DNA of 64,000 bases from Saccostrea echinata (lineage: Eukaryota): positions 29,698,001 to 29,762,000 of the forward strand of contig NW_026889778.1 of NCBI RefSeq assembly GCF_033153115.1, written 5' to 3'. The position numbers and the translations under genes are program-made. This document shows positions 39,101 through 51,834 of the stretch, piece by piece. The notes under the pieces were generated by a model. That model searched no databases. It saw nothing but the letters and a program-made list of their open reading frames with translations, and was not told the origin of the DNA. Within the stretch, counting starts at the first letter, position 1, and every line of letters begins with the position of its first letter.

Positions 39101-41885
39101 ACAAAGAGTAGGAATATATTCATTTGCACACAAATAAGTAGGGCTGGGTATTAACTAGAGATTTCTAATTGCAATATATTGTGATACTTTAAACTGTATC
39201 GCGATATGTAAATTGCAATATTTTCAACAAAAATTTAAATGAAATTTTCTTGTTATATTAACATCCTTTTACATTTAGAATGTACATAACTATGATAAAT
39301 AACCAATAAAAGATATCTTGTTGATTGAATTACACTTATACAACTAAATACACCCATACAACAGCTTTTGTCTTTCTATTTGGCGTGATCGCAAACCTTT
39401 CTATTTTTCTTTATATTTTATGATAGAATTCCTGAGTCCAAGCATTTTGCCGGTATATCGGTATTTCAAAACATATTGTTTTTCGATATTTTTTTGTCAG
39501 CATACCGCAATATACCAGAATATCGGTATTATTGCCCAACCCTACAAATAAGATATGTATTAAATTGTATTTACATGTTTTTTAAATAAATTATTTAATT
39601 ATAGATGAGTATTTGACAAAGGACTGGAGGTATCCAATAGAATTGCATGGAATTGGAAAATATGGAAATGATTCTTACAGAATTTTCTGTGTTAAAGAGT
39701 GGAGACAGGTAATATTTGTTCCTGGACATAAACACATTTACCTATTGCTGTGAAATCTTGTAAATACCAATATAATTCACATGAATTCCATGTGCAAGAA
39801 CAGGGTGAGATGTCTTGATTATTCAACACTACTTCATCTATGATATCATAGTGTAGTTCAATATTGTGGTGCGATTTTTTGTGTATTTTAACGACAAAGC
39901 TAGCTGACCGTGGACTTCCTGAAAATGGACTTAGTGTATAGTATTAAGTATATTGCAGTTCTTTCTTTTCAACTATGAATTCATTTGAAGTAGTGTGTAA
40001 GGTTCATTTAACAGATGATTTAGGTGAAAAAAAGCTAATGCTTTCAGAGAAAATAAGAACTATCTATTATAATCTGTTTCCTGTAAGGTGAGAAGTCATT
40101 TTGATATTCAATTTATTTCTCAACTTTTTGGTCAGTTATTCGACTCGTAAAACAAGTAATCTGGAAAACATTTATTTTTCAGTTCTGATGTTTGGTTGCT
40201 TATTCATGGTTCAGTAATGATATTTCACATAACAAATAACTGAAAACATTACTATTTTCACACCCACCCCTTTCTCAAATAAACCTAATCCCTCAATTGA
40301 GATGTGTTATTCTATTGTTATACCGATGCTGTTTTAACTACTGGTAAAAGTACCTTTCCAAATTGAAAAATATGTCAAAAATTCCCCTTTTAGTTAGGAA
40401 AAATTTCCTGATCAACATACATGTAACATTTAAAATATATTAATTATGATAGTTCTAGAAATAAGCTCCAGATAACTCTCAGGATGCAGATTTTTGCAAC
40501 ATTTATCTGAAAATTTCCAGAGGGTGTACCCCTAGACTTCCATAGTGTACTCACACCTCCATCACTAAATGCCTTGCAACCATACTCATTTTCCCCCTTT
40601 ATATGAAAAGATAGTCCAATGAAATAGCTAGATACATCCCTATACTTCCAATATTTGGACTTACTGGGAGATGGGTAGTATGTTTATAATCAGGTTTATA
40701 GAATTATTATTACATGATACAGGGTTTTCTTTTCTTGGCTGTACATTGAATCTTAAGAGAACCATAAAATGTAGTGTAGGTGGGACTATGGTCTATCACA
40801 AGGATTTATTGCATTATTTTTGTATAACTACAAGATTGGTGTTTTTAAAAAGAAACTACCCAACCAATTGAAATTTATTTAAAAAAAAAAAGGAGGGGGA
40901 CGTGAGGGCTTTAAGAGAGTTTTGGTATGAATTTCTTTCTTGACAATTTAAAACAAACAAAAAAAATGTACATCTTGATCTAGATTCTAATCAGGGATGT
41001 GTAGAATAATGGGTTTTTTGCAGAACTTTGCAGAACGGTTTCTGCTAGAGGCTAAATGTTGAGGCTAAAATCAGCCTTAATCATGTATTGTGTTTGTGAC
41101 TTTTACATTACTGACAATGGTGTATAGAAAAAATTATCACCTAATCAAATGGATTTTGTTGTTTTATTAGAGATTTAATAATTTCATCTATTCTGTATGT
41201 GTTTTCAGTTTGTCTTATCTTTTGAAACCGATCTATTGAACTGCCAGTCAATAGACTGCGATATATAGGACCGCCAGTCAATAGACTGCTATCTTTTGGA
41301 CTGTCAGTCAATAGACTGCGATCTATTGACCGGCAACGTATTTCAGAAAAACCGATCCAGGTTTCGAATTTATATGTAACATTGCGCAGACGTCAGTGGT
41401 AAACAATCAATATTAAACAATCATTTTATTTGATCTTTTGATAATAATTTTTTTTAAAAATGTAAGATTTCAAGGGTAGGATATTTTTTTAATGAGAGTT
41501 GCTTAAATATATTACCGATATATGAATATGAATGCATAATGGTACGGAAACCTTCTGTAATATACAATTGTGAACACTAAATAATAAAATGGAATTAGGT
41601 AATAAAACAATTATTTAATGCCTGAGCAGTCAATAGACCAGAACATTTTTCCCTTGGTGCAGGGAACAGCTCAGTGTATTCTATTGCCCTCCGCCGTTGG
41701 CCTTGGGCAATAGAACACACTGAGCTGTTCCCTGCACCTCGGGAAAAATATTCTGGTCTATTGACTGCTCAGGCATTAGATTATTGTATATTATAATTTC
41801 TTTTCAGGTAACTCCTACAGACAATAAATTAAATGACTATCACAAGTGGCTGAGTGAAAACTGGCAGACATTAGGAGTGGATTGA
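26309..41885 (+). CDS. MBD4: MBD4 (invertebrate MBD4/MeCP2): methyl-CpG-binding domain plus HhH-GPD G:T/U mismatch DNA glycosylase; 8 coding exons, ~860 aa
   Basis: Exons 26309-26358, 32319-32828, 35444-35569, 35901-37261, 37835-38038, 38791-38940, 39605-39708, 41808-41885; phases consistent, total 2583 nt. MBD: [36 protein letters not shown]...DFDFTV. Glycosylase: [33 protein letters not shown] ... [20 protein letters not shown] ... [11 protein letters not shown]. Exon 1 rests only on ATG, GTGAGT donor and phase match, so it is less certain. Confidence 0.93.
26892..27989. mobile_element. MITE with 35-bp TIRs in MBD4 intron 1
   Basis: ATCAGGTCTGGGCGGCCTCCGTTTTTGGAGGATAG ... CTATCCTCCAAAAACAGAGGCCGCCTAGACCTGAT, with subterminal TATCCTC-n-GAGGATA hairpins at both ends. 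Confidence 0.85.
29536..29888. mobile_element. hAT-like MITE with 5-bp TSD (GGAAT), nested in a larger inverted-repeat element (~28953-29957)
   Basis: CAGGGCTCGAAATAATT ... AATTATTTCTAGCCCTG flanked by GGAAT on both sides. The flanking sequence is the inverted copy of 28953-29035. Confidence 0.7.
30565..32228. repeat. 34-bp minisatellite (TATGACTATCCAACAACTGTCATTGCCCCAGGTC) in MBD4 intron 1
   Basis: Directly visible array of about 48 units ending about 90 nt before the exon-2 acceptor. Confidence 0.96.
32935..34025 (+). mobile_element. Non-autonomous Helentron/HINE-like element with ~165-170-bp internal tandem repeats
   Basis: 5' TTTTAGCTCACCTGAGCCAAAGGCTCAAGTGAGCTTTTCTGATC, a GTCT/GTT microsatellite, core repeats, and 3' CTCAGGTGAGCGATGTTGCCCCTGGGCCTCTTGTTT; T-rich insertion site. 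Confidence 0.82.
34092..34660 (+). mobile_element. Helentron-like non-autonomous element, third family
   Basis: 5' hairpin CCCGCTTTCACTGAAAGTGGG, (GTCT)n tract, and three ~155-bp internal repeats (GAGCTTTTGCAATGAAATTTT...). Confidence 0.6.
37051..37140 (+). repeat. Exonic 30-bp tandem triplication in MBD4 encoding 3x KSPVSPRL
   Basis: TTAAATCCCCTGTCTCTCCCAGACTG repeated three times at 30-nt spacing, in frame. Confidence 0.95.
37245..37387 (+). repeat. 29-bp minisatellite (AACAGTCTAGACATAGGTATTGTTACAAT) straddling the MBD4 exon-4 donor
   Basis: About 5 copies; the first contains the inferred donor ATAG|GTATTG at 37261/37262. Confidence 0.9.
38461..38699. mobile_element. Degenerate TA-flanked MITE
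   Basis: TACTCTAAGTCG...TCTACAGTA ends with repeated TTTAATTTCACG motifs. Confidence 0.45.
39139..39544. mobile_element. hAT-type MITE with 8-bp TSD (CAAATAAG)
   Basis: TAGGGCTGGG ... CCCAACCCTA flanked by perfect CAAATAAG at 39131-39138 and 39545-39552. A related end fragment lies at ~21262-21380. Confidence 0.85.
41616..41778. repeat. ~160-bp near-perfect palindrome (foldback element) just upstream of the last MBD4 exon
   Basis: TAATGCCTGAGCAGTCAATAGACCAGAA...GCAGGGAACAGCTCAGTGT and its reverse complement; arms about 75 nt. Confidence 0.9.
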
Positions 41886-43532
41886 AGAGAACATTACTCA
41901 GTTTGATAAACAAACCAGAGAACTCTCCTGTGTAAATGTGCTGTATTTCAGCTTCTGAGAAGGATGTGGAAATAAGTAATCACTGTCAAATTGATAGAAG
42001 AAGAGTCTGTGCCATGTTTGAGTCAAATCTGAGCTGAAACAAGACCTTACATTTGTATATGTATGTACTCAGTTCCACTTTCATTTTTATGTAAGCTAAT
42101 GTTTGAAAACCCATACATGTTTCTGTACTGCTTATGGTCTTCATCGTTGACCTTGAATTGGTAAAGGATCTGCAAAGGCTTGCCCTTTGTTGTTTAGTGT
42201 GCAGGTAATTTAAGGCTGAACACATCAATCCTGCTTTTTTATTCCGAGTTGTGAATGTTTCACAGTCAAGCCTTCTATTCAAGTTTCTCATTCCCATGGT
42301 TTAGATAAATATTTTGATAATACTTTAAATTAAAGTATAATTTCTGAATTCAAATTGTGCAATAATTTTGATGGTGGTCATAAAATGTTGCAGTCTTGCA
42401 GAACTATTTTCCTTGTATCATGTCTATACACTTTATCTTTGATAATAAATAGTAGCATACTTTTTGCCTGTTTATATTTATTGTGATATTGTGATTAAGA
42501 TTTCCTCAAAATCATCTCTGTAAAACCATGGCACTGTATTCTGAGCATAAAGCGGTCTCTAAATGACATTCAGCATTTTGTCACTGTCTTTGTGAACTCA
42601 AGTGTGTCTGTTATTTTTATTTGTGTTTCACTATAAACAAATTTTATAGCACTCACTTGCTTTGAGTGAAAGCTGCTTGCAAAGAGTCATTTTTATCATC
42701 ATAAAGAGCAGTTTAAAGAAATATATTGGCTGTCAGTTGAGATTTGTTATAAATCTGTTTTAATGTATAGAAACCTTTCTCTTTTTTGACATTTTTTATG
42801 TACTTGTATATTTGGAATTGGATGGTTTAGAATTATTTGAAATCAAATTTTAAAGGTATTCTATTTTTATAGTGAAGCACTTGATGTAATTTACTGTTTT
42901 AGGAATGAAATGGACAAGTTTAATACTGTGAATCAAGTGTCTACAGATTGTTACGTGTCTTGTAGACATCTCAGATGATAATCTATTGATTCTGAGGTCA
43001 GACACATACATTTCAAAAATTAATTCAAAGTCTAAAAATTGCAAAATTTATAATGTGTTCTGGATTATGTTTTCAATGTTTTCTTACATGTATCAAGTGA
43101 AGAGTAGAAAGTCATAAACCATTATTCTGACTATTCAGGTCTTATCTATATTAAGCAACTTGCTTCACTGCTGTGTTCTTCTTTTATACATAGTGATGTT
43201 TTACAAAGTTTCATTACAAAACGTTTTTGACATCCTTGGGCATTTATATATACAACATTGTATGGATGGATGGCTACAATATTTATAACCATTTATTTAC
43301 AGAAGAGCATATTTTGAAGTTCAAAGTTTTTTTCCCCCAATGCTGAGCATTTGTTTATCAATGTATGTCCTGCATGTTTAATACTTAATTCATGAAAATG
43401 TCTTGTTAAATCATTTGACCTGTTGTAGATATATATTCTGAACCACATTAAATGATAGTCAGTTGCTTTTGTTTAATTAAATATCCTGAATGATATAAAT
43501 GACTTGCTACCGTCATTTTTTTTTTTATCTTT

Positions 43533-43749
43533 AAACCCTATACAGGGTTATTTTCGCCCCGTGTTATTTTCGCCCTTTCACACTTGCAAACAATTTTGCC
43601 CCATTTTAAATTCGCCAAGTCATAGTTTTGTTTTAGAAATTATACTGTATTCTTTGAATTTGCCCCGTTTTGAATTCGCCCAAATAAGGTAAGGGCGAAG
43701 CGAAAGGGGCAAAAATAAAACGGGGGCGAAAATTCCCCTGTGCACAGTA
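43533..43749. mobile_element. Small MITE with TTTTCGCCCC / GGGGCGAAAA inverted repeats
   Basis: ACAGGGTTATTTTCGCCCCG ... CGGGGCGAAAATTCCCCTGT, ending ACAGTA. Confidence 0.65.
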
Positions 43750-43912
43750 TATTGTAGCAAAATTTAAACACATTTTTAGCTATTGGTCATAAAAACAGAG
43801 AGGCAGGGGAGAAAAAAAAAGAAATCAAAACCAAACTCACTGTCAGCAAATTAAATCTGAGGGAATTAATAGAAAAGAAACGTTTTACAGTAACTTAATG
43901 AGAGGTTGTTAC

Positions 43913-44330
43913 TAGGGATACACAATTTTATTGGTATACTGGTATGTCATTATTTATTGCACAATACATGACATGATACAGAGACTAAAATACAGGTATT
44001 TAGTATGTTATTATAAATTCCGGAAATTATTATTTTGATCAAACTTTTGAATTAGAATTACCAGAATTGTAAAAAAACAACAACAAAAAATGTTTCAAAA
44101 CAGTAAAACAATGGCAGCCTAAAATCCAAAAAAGCTTTATTCATAAATAAAAAAGGAAAAAAAAACAATTAAGTTATGTTTTTTCAATATATTTTTTAGA
44201 ATAATTATGGAAATTCATTTCAAATCATAGTAAATATTGTGTGTAAAAATATCATGATATTATCGTGATATTTTTGGGAAAATATATTGTGATAGATCAC
44301 AATCAAAATTTTTTGCAATACCCATCCCTA
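43913..44330. mobile_element. hAT-type MITE with 8-bp TSD (GTTGTTAC) inserted at the edge of a satellite
   Basis: TAGGGATA ... CATCCCTA flanked by GTTGTTAC at 43905-43912 and 44331-44338. Confidence 0.8.
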
Positions 44331-45760
44331 GTTGTTACTACAGAGGAAGTGTTTTGCAATAATTTAAATGGGAAAGTGTTGCTTTAGAAGAATCTTTTCC
44401 AGATATTTAAATGGGAGAGTGTTACTACAAAGGAAGTGTTTTACAGTAATTTTAAATGGGAGGTGTTATTATAGAGTAGGTGTTTTACAGTTATTTTAAA
44501 TGGGAGGTGTTATTATAGAGTAGGTGTTTTACAGTAATTTAAATGACAGGTGCATCTATAGAGGAAGTGTTTTACAGTAATTGAAATTGGAGAGTGTTTT
44601 TATAGAGGAAGTGTTCTACAGTAATTAAGTGGAAAGGTGTTACTACAGAGGAAGTGTTCTACAGTAATTTAAATGGGAAAGTGTTACTATAAAGGAAATG
44701 TTTTATAGTTATTTGAATTAAAGGGTCTTATTATAGAGGAAGTGTTTTAAAGTAAGTCAAATGAGAAGATCTTTCTATAGAGGAAGTGTTTTGCAGTAAT
44801 TTAAATGGGAGGTCATATTATAAAGTAGATGTTTTACTGTAATTTAAATGGGAGGTGTGTCTACAGAGGAAGTGTTTTACAATTATTTAAATGGGAGAGT
44901 AGCTTTATAGAGGAATTAAGTGTTTTACAGTAATTTAAATTGGAGATGTAATTTCAGAGGAAGTATTTTACAGTAATGTTGCTACAGAATAATCTTTTGC
45001 AGTTATTTAAATGGGAGAGTCTTGCTACAAAGTAAGTGCTTTCCTTTAATTTAAATTTTAGTGTGTAACTATAGAGGGAGTGTTTTAAAGTAATTAAATG
45101 GGAGGTGTAACTACAGAGGAAGTGTTTTACAGTAATTTTAAATGGGAGGTCTTATTATAGAGTAGGTGTTTTACAGTAATTTAAATGGGAGGTGTGCCTA
45201 CAAAGGAAGTGTTTTGCAGTTATTTAAATGGGAGAGTGTTTTTATAGAGGAAATGTTTTACAGTAATTTAAATGGGAGGTGTTATTACAGGGGAAGTGTT
45301 TTGCAGTAATGTAAATAGGAGAGTGTATCTACAGAGGAAGTGATTTACAGTAATATAATTGGAGGGTGTTACTATAAAGTAAGTGTTTTACAGTAATTTA
45401 AATGGGAAGTGTTACTATAGAGGAAGTGTTCTACAGTACTTTAAATGAGAGGGTGTTACTACAGAGAAAGTGCTTTGCAGTTATCTAAATGGGAAAGTGT
45501 TACTATAGAGGAAGTGTTTACAGAAATTTAAATAGGAGGGTGTTACTACAGAGAACGTGTTTTACAGTTATTTGAATGGGAGGATCTTATTATAGAGGAA
45601 GTGTTTTAAAGTAATTCAAATGGGAGGATATTACATTGTACTACAGAGGAAGTGTTTACAGAAATTAAATTGGGAGTCTGTTACTTAAGAGAAAGTGTTT
45701 CACAGTAATTAAAATGGAAGGGCCTTATTATAGAAGAAGTGTTTTACAGTAATTTAAATG
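44331..45760. repeat. ~43-bp diverged minisatellite (GAGGAAGTGTTTTACAGTAATTTAAATGGGAGGTGTTACTATA)
   Basis: Directly visible tandem array of about 33 units. Confidence 0.93.
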
Positions 45761-45818
45761 GTCCAACGGAGACCTTTTTTATATGAACATGTATGTACAG
45801 TATCAACATTTAGAGGTC

Positions 45819-46684
45819 TTTTTTGGGTCACCTGAGTCACTGAGGTGACCTATTTCTATCCGTTTTTGTCAGTCGTCGTGCGTTAACATTTGAACATTTT
45901 CAACTTCTTCTCTGGAACCGCTAAATCAATTTCGGCCAATTTTGACATATAGCATCTATGGTTGAAGGGAAACAAAAATTATGAATTTCATGGTCCTGCC
46001 CCCGTGGGTCCTGTGTGGCTAAAACCAACAAAATTAATGCAATCTTTAGAAATGTTCTTCTTTACTCCTGGACATCAAGCAGTCAAACTGTTGGCACGAT
46101 TGTAATAAGCATTGAGCCATCTATCAAAATTGTGAAATTTATGGTCCCAGGGTCAGGGCTTGTTGTGCTAGGACATGGCTATATATAACATATAGTGAAA
46201 GTGCATTATGTCTTTGAAAATCTTCTCTTCTCCTGGGTATTGAAGAAACAAACTAAGTACATAGTTATGAGCAAGGGTGCCTCTTTCAAAATTGTGAATT
46301 TCAATGATCAGTTTGAATGATCAGGTAGACTTGTAAATAATAGATGAATAAAAATGAGACAAAAAATTATTTTACTTATACTTACTGATACTTTGTTCTT
46401 CAGAAACCAAGAGAGGCCAATGTGAGAGGTTACAATATGGGGTTAAAAATAGTACAGAAGCACTAATAGTTTGTCAATAGTCTGCTTGGTGATTGTGATA
46501 AATTGGGGACAGATTAGAACTTTATGTATGAGTTGTTACTGAATACTAGACATTATTTTGTTGATCCAGATGATCCTATTTCTCGTGCTTTCTTTTCACC
46601 TATCAGTTTATTTTATACTCGATGGATCCTCTAAATTGTTGTATTATACTCAGATGACCGTTAAGGCCTTTGAGACTCTTGTTT
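45819..46684 (+). mobile_element. Helentron/HINE-like element
   Basis: 5' TTTTTTGGGTCACCTGAGTCACTGAGGTGACCTA hairpin, (GTC)n tract, and 3' ACTCAGATGACCGTTAAGGCC...CTCTTGTTT; same architecture as the 32935 element. Confidence 0.7.
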
Positions 46685-47869
46685 CAAAATGCTACTTCTA
46701 GTACGGTTTTAGTCCGATTTCAATATAATCTGGTATCTAGTAGATAACACAAAGATACATAATTCTGTATATCGTTTTTTTTTTATTTCAATGAACGGTT
46801 TTGCCACGGTTACTAAAAATAGAAAATTCATGTGAATTATAAAAAACAAATGCTACTCCTCCTACAGTTTTAGTCAGATTTCAATATAACTTAGTACACA
46901 AGTAGACTTGTACTGTGTATTTGTTTTTTATTTCGATAAACGGTGTTGCCATGTTACTAAAATAGAAATTTCTGTGAAATTCTTTCAAAATGTTACTTCT
47001 ACTATTAAACCTGACTCAGAAAGAGACTAAACCAATGATCATTATTTTATTTATTGCTTTTTGCCATTTTTTTGTTTTGTAAAAATAAGTAGAGCTACAG
47101 TCTTGTCAGAGACTTCAGGTTTTTTAAGCAGCAAGATTACCTTTTTACGTTTCAGTTTATACTGGCTGCAGAAATGCCCAGCAGCAAGAGAAAAAAGGAT
47201 TTTGAAATGAAATGTCAACAATTCAAATTTAAGACTTGACGTGTTCACAATGCTGTGGACAGCAAAATGTCCAGATCATCATAATAGTGAACATTGTTGT
47301 GTACTCAATTTAAAGATAACCATTTTAGTATTCTTCTTTACTGTAGGCTTACTGAGTAGACAGAGATTAAAAATACATGTAGTGATAAAGGTTAATTCTA
47401 ACAAATGTTTACAAATACTTCCAAATATTGCCATGCAACTACTCAGTCTCATGATTGATACAGAGATGATATGTGGCAAAAGAAATAAAGTAAGTAAAAA
47501 AAATATTATATAAATTGTTGTGGACACCATCACCTACAATATCTTAAATTTTCTATCACTTTGTAGTACAGTACTGATTGAATTACATGTATTAGAAATT
47601 CAAATAATGAGTACACGACAATTACTTTATCATGGAATTAAGAATGTTAGACATTTTGCAAAGGATAAGAAAGCTTTCTCAAAAATTATCACAAACAGCA
47701 GCAAGAAAAACTAAGTAACAAAACAGTAACTAAAATGATGGTGAACATTTAGTATCTTGGAATTTTTCATCAGGACAAATGTCGTTTACTGATTATTGAA
47801 TTATTAGAGATTCATATACGTGCACGACAGTACCTATGTGTAAATCACCAAATAAAGTAACCTAACCTA

Positions 47870-50640
47870 ATTAAATGACTTACTACAGAACGTAACTTAC
47901 GATTCAAAACTGTACCTAAGTACATGATTCACTACAGAACTTAACTACACGATTCACAACAAAACCTAATTAACTGACTCACAACTGAATCTAATTACAC
48001 GATTCACTACAAAACATAATTATATATTAGACAACAGAATTCCTAGTGAATCTGACTACCCAATTAACTTCAAACCCTAAATACACACGTGTCACAACAG
48101 AACCTAGCTACACGATTCACTACAGATCCTAAATGTACATGATTCACTAAAGAACTAAACTACACGATTCACTACAGATCCTAAACGTACTTGATTCACT
48201 AAAGAACTAAACTACACGATTCACTACAGATCCTAAATGTACATGATTCACTAAAGAACTAAACTACACGATTCATTACAGATCCTAAATGTACATGATT
48301 CACTACAGATCCTACATGTACATGATTCAATAAAGAACTAAACTACATGATTTAGTTCAGATCCTAAATGAACATAATTCACTAAAGAACTATAAACTAC
48401 GCGATTCACTATAGATCCTACATGTACATGATTCTCTACAGATTCTACATGTACATGATTCACTATAGATCCTACATGTACATAATTCATTAAAAAACTA
48501 AACTACACGATTCACTACAGATCTTAAATGTACACGATTCACTAAAGAACTAAACTACACGAATCATGCACTACAGATCCTAAATGTACATGATTCACTA
48601 CAGATCCTAGATGTAAATGATTCATAAAAGAACTAAACTACGATTCACTACAGATCCTAAATGTACACGATTCACTACAGATCCTACATGTACATGATTC
48701 ATTAAAGAACTAAACTACATGATTTAGTTCAGATCCTAAATGAACATAATTCACTAAAGAACTAAACTACGCGATTCACTATAGATCCTACATGTACATG
48801 GTTTACTACAGTTCCTACATGTACATGATTCACTACAGATCCTACATGTACATGATTCATTAAAGAACTGAACTACACGATTTACTACAGATCCTAAATG
48901 TACATGATTCACTAAAGAACTAAACTATGCGATTCACTACAGATCCTACATGTACATGATTCACTATAGATCCTAGATGTACATGATTCACCACAGATCC
49001 TAGATGTACATGATTCATTAAAAAACTAAACTACACGATTCACTACAGATCCTAAACGTACATGATTCACTACAGATCCTACATGTACTTGATTCATTAA
49101 AGAACTAAACTACACGATTCACTACAGATCCTACATGTACATGATTCACTATAGATCGTATATGTACATGATTCACTACAGATCCTAGATGTACATGATT
49201 CATTAAAAAACTAAACTACACGATTCACTACAGATCCTAAATAGTACATGATTCACTACAGATCCTACATGTACATGATTCACCACAGATCCTACATGTA
49301 CATGATTCATTAAAGAACTAAACTACACGATTCACTACAGATCCTAATTGTACATGATTCACTACAGATCCTATATGTACATGATTCACTATAGATCCTA
49401 GATGTACATGATTCATTAAAGAACTAAACTACATGATTCACTACAGATCCTAGATGTACATGATTCACTATAGATCCTAGATGTACATGATTCACCACAG
49501 ATCCTAGATGTACATGATTCATTAAAAAACTAAACTACACGATTCACTACAGATCCTACAGGTACATGATTCACTACAGATCCTACAGGTACATGATTCA
49601 CTACAGATCCTACATGTACTTGATTCATTAAAGAACTAAACTACACGATTCACTACAGATCCTAATTGTACATGATTCACTACAGATCCTATATGTACAT
49701 GATTCACTATAGATCCTAGATGTACATGATTCATTAAAGAACTAAACTACATGATTCACTACAGATCCTAGATGTACATGATTCATTAAAGAACTAAACT
49801 ACACGATTCACTACAGATCCTAATTGTACATGATTCACTACAGATCCTACAGGTACATGATTCACTACAGATCCTACATGTACTTGATTCATTAAAGAAC
49901 TAAACTACACGATTCACTACAGATCCTACATGTACATGATTCACTACAGATCCTAGATGTACATGATTCATTAAAGAACTAAAATACACGATTCACTACA
50001 GATCCTACATGCAAATGATTCACTACAGTAAATGTACACGATTCACTACAGATCCTACATGTACATGATTCACTACAGATCCTACATGTATATGATTCAC
50101 TACAGATCCTAGATATACATGATTCATTAAAGAACTAAAATACACGATTCACTACAGACCCTACATGTACACGATTCACTACAGATCCTACATGTACATG
50201 ATTCACTACAGATCCTAAATGTACACGATTCACTACAGATCCTACATGTACACGATTCACTACAGATCCTACATGTACATGATTCACTACAGATCCTACT
50301 TTTACATGATTCACTACAGACCCTACATGTAATACATGTAACACGATTCACCCCTGATTGATTGAAATTGATTGGAAATTGAACTTTACTACACAATGTA
50401 CTTCAGTTCTTAAATACAAAATTCACTACAAAACCTTACTACACAATATTCACTCCAGAACCTTACTACAGAAAATTCACTACAGAACTTTACTATACAA
50501 TATTCACTACAGAATCTTACTACACAAAATTCACTCCAGAACCGTAGCATACAAAATTCACTACAGAATCTCACTACACAAAATTCACTATAAGAACCTA
50601 ACTACATACGATTCACGACAGAACCTAACTATACGATTAA
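47870..50640. repeat. Compound 27/25-bp minisatellite (CATGATTCACTACAGATCCTACATGTA interleaved with CACGATTCATTAAAGAACTAAACTA)
   Basis: Homogeneous core ~48100-50340 with diverged flanks. The ORFs with CSESCTCRI and KIHYRTLL repeats are translations of the array. Confidence 0.95.
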
Positions 50641-50645
50641 CTATA

Positions 50646-51834
50646 CACTTAACAAAACTTCTAAGTGTTCACTCTAAAAAATGTATTTATTTAAAAACTA
50701 CATGATAAAATGGTATGATATTTTCAAATTAATATAACCAATGAATCTTCTCAACTATTGTCGAAAGATAATCAATTATCACCGATGAAAACCAATGTCC
50801 CGTGACGAAGCTTAAAAACAATAAATCTGTGCTTTGCGGCACGTGTTTTGTGTAATCAGCTTATTTTTGTGACCATTATCAATTTTTAACAACTGGTTTA
50901 ACTAAAAAAACACAAAACATGGCCAAAATGACCATTGAGGAAGGAGGGAGAGCCGTTGGAATGTTGATATCTGGATCATCCTTAAGATACGTTTTACTCA
51001 CTTTTGTTTTAGTGTTTATTTGTCCTTCATATTACTTTTAAAAATTAACAACCTGAATAAAAATCCATTTAAACACATTTTTCTATAGGTTGTGCGTCAT
51101 TTTTATCGCCAATTTATCACAGTGTGAAAGCTTTGGACAAAAATTAATCAAACCGGAAGTGATCTGGACGTCTTAGGCCAAGGTTTTGCGTCGCAACCAG
51201 GTTAAAAGATTGTTACATGGTCCTGAACCACTTTAGAAACATTTATTTCAAACTTCAATTAATGGTACGAAAATGGCAACAAATTGGTGTTCTTGGAAGT
51301 CCAGCATCATTTTAAACAGTCTGAATCATCCTTAAAGAGGTACACTTATGTTCGAGACGCCCAAGGAGGGTCTTAGTGTTGACCAAAAGGCTTCTCTGTG
51401 ATGCAGTGGCCTGCCCAATCCCCGGATCTGAATCTCATTGAACACATTTGGGACTTTTAAAAGGAATGTCAAAGCCCCCCCCCCCGCCCTTCACACAATT
51501 TCAACAGTTTAGATAGATCTATGCAGTAGGTGGCAGATACGCCAACCTCCTGTTCAGGGGTACATGGAATCCATGAGAAAAGGATGTCTTGCAGTAATTA
51601 GAGCGAGTCGTGGTCTTACGCCATAGAGATTATGTTATGTGAATTTTCATTTTGAGGGTTCATCATGTCCTTGACACTTTGCTTTAAAGTCTGACGAGAT
51701 GCTTACATGAAATTTATGCAACATCGAACTGAAATAAGCATCATTAACCATGAATTAAAGAAATTATTTATTGTATGCATTTGTTCTTTATAACTTAAAA
51801 ATGTTAGGTGAACACTTAGAAGTTTGGTTCAGTG
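50646..51834 (+). mobile_element. Internally deleted, decayed Tc1-family transposon
   Basis: TA-flanked 27-bp TIRs CACTTAACAAAACTTCTAAGTGTTCAC / GTGAACACTTAGAAGTTTGGTTCAGTG. Remnant HTH start MAKMTIEEGGRAVGMLISG (50919), Tc1 catalytic motif WPAQSPDLNLIEHIWD (~51407-51454), and C-terminal ESMRKGCLAVIRASRG. Confidence 0.9.

Noticed and set aside
41986-42297. 103-aa minus-strand ORF
   Set aside because: Lies antisense within the probable MBD4 3' UTR; no motifs or splice support.
50127-50705. Cys-rich (CSESCTCRI) metallothionein-like ORF and His-rich KIHYR ORF
   Set aside because: Products of the 27-bp satellite, whose unit length keeps frames open by chance.
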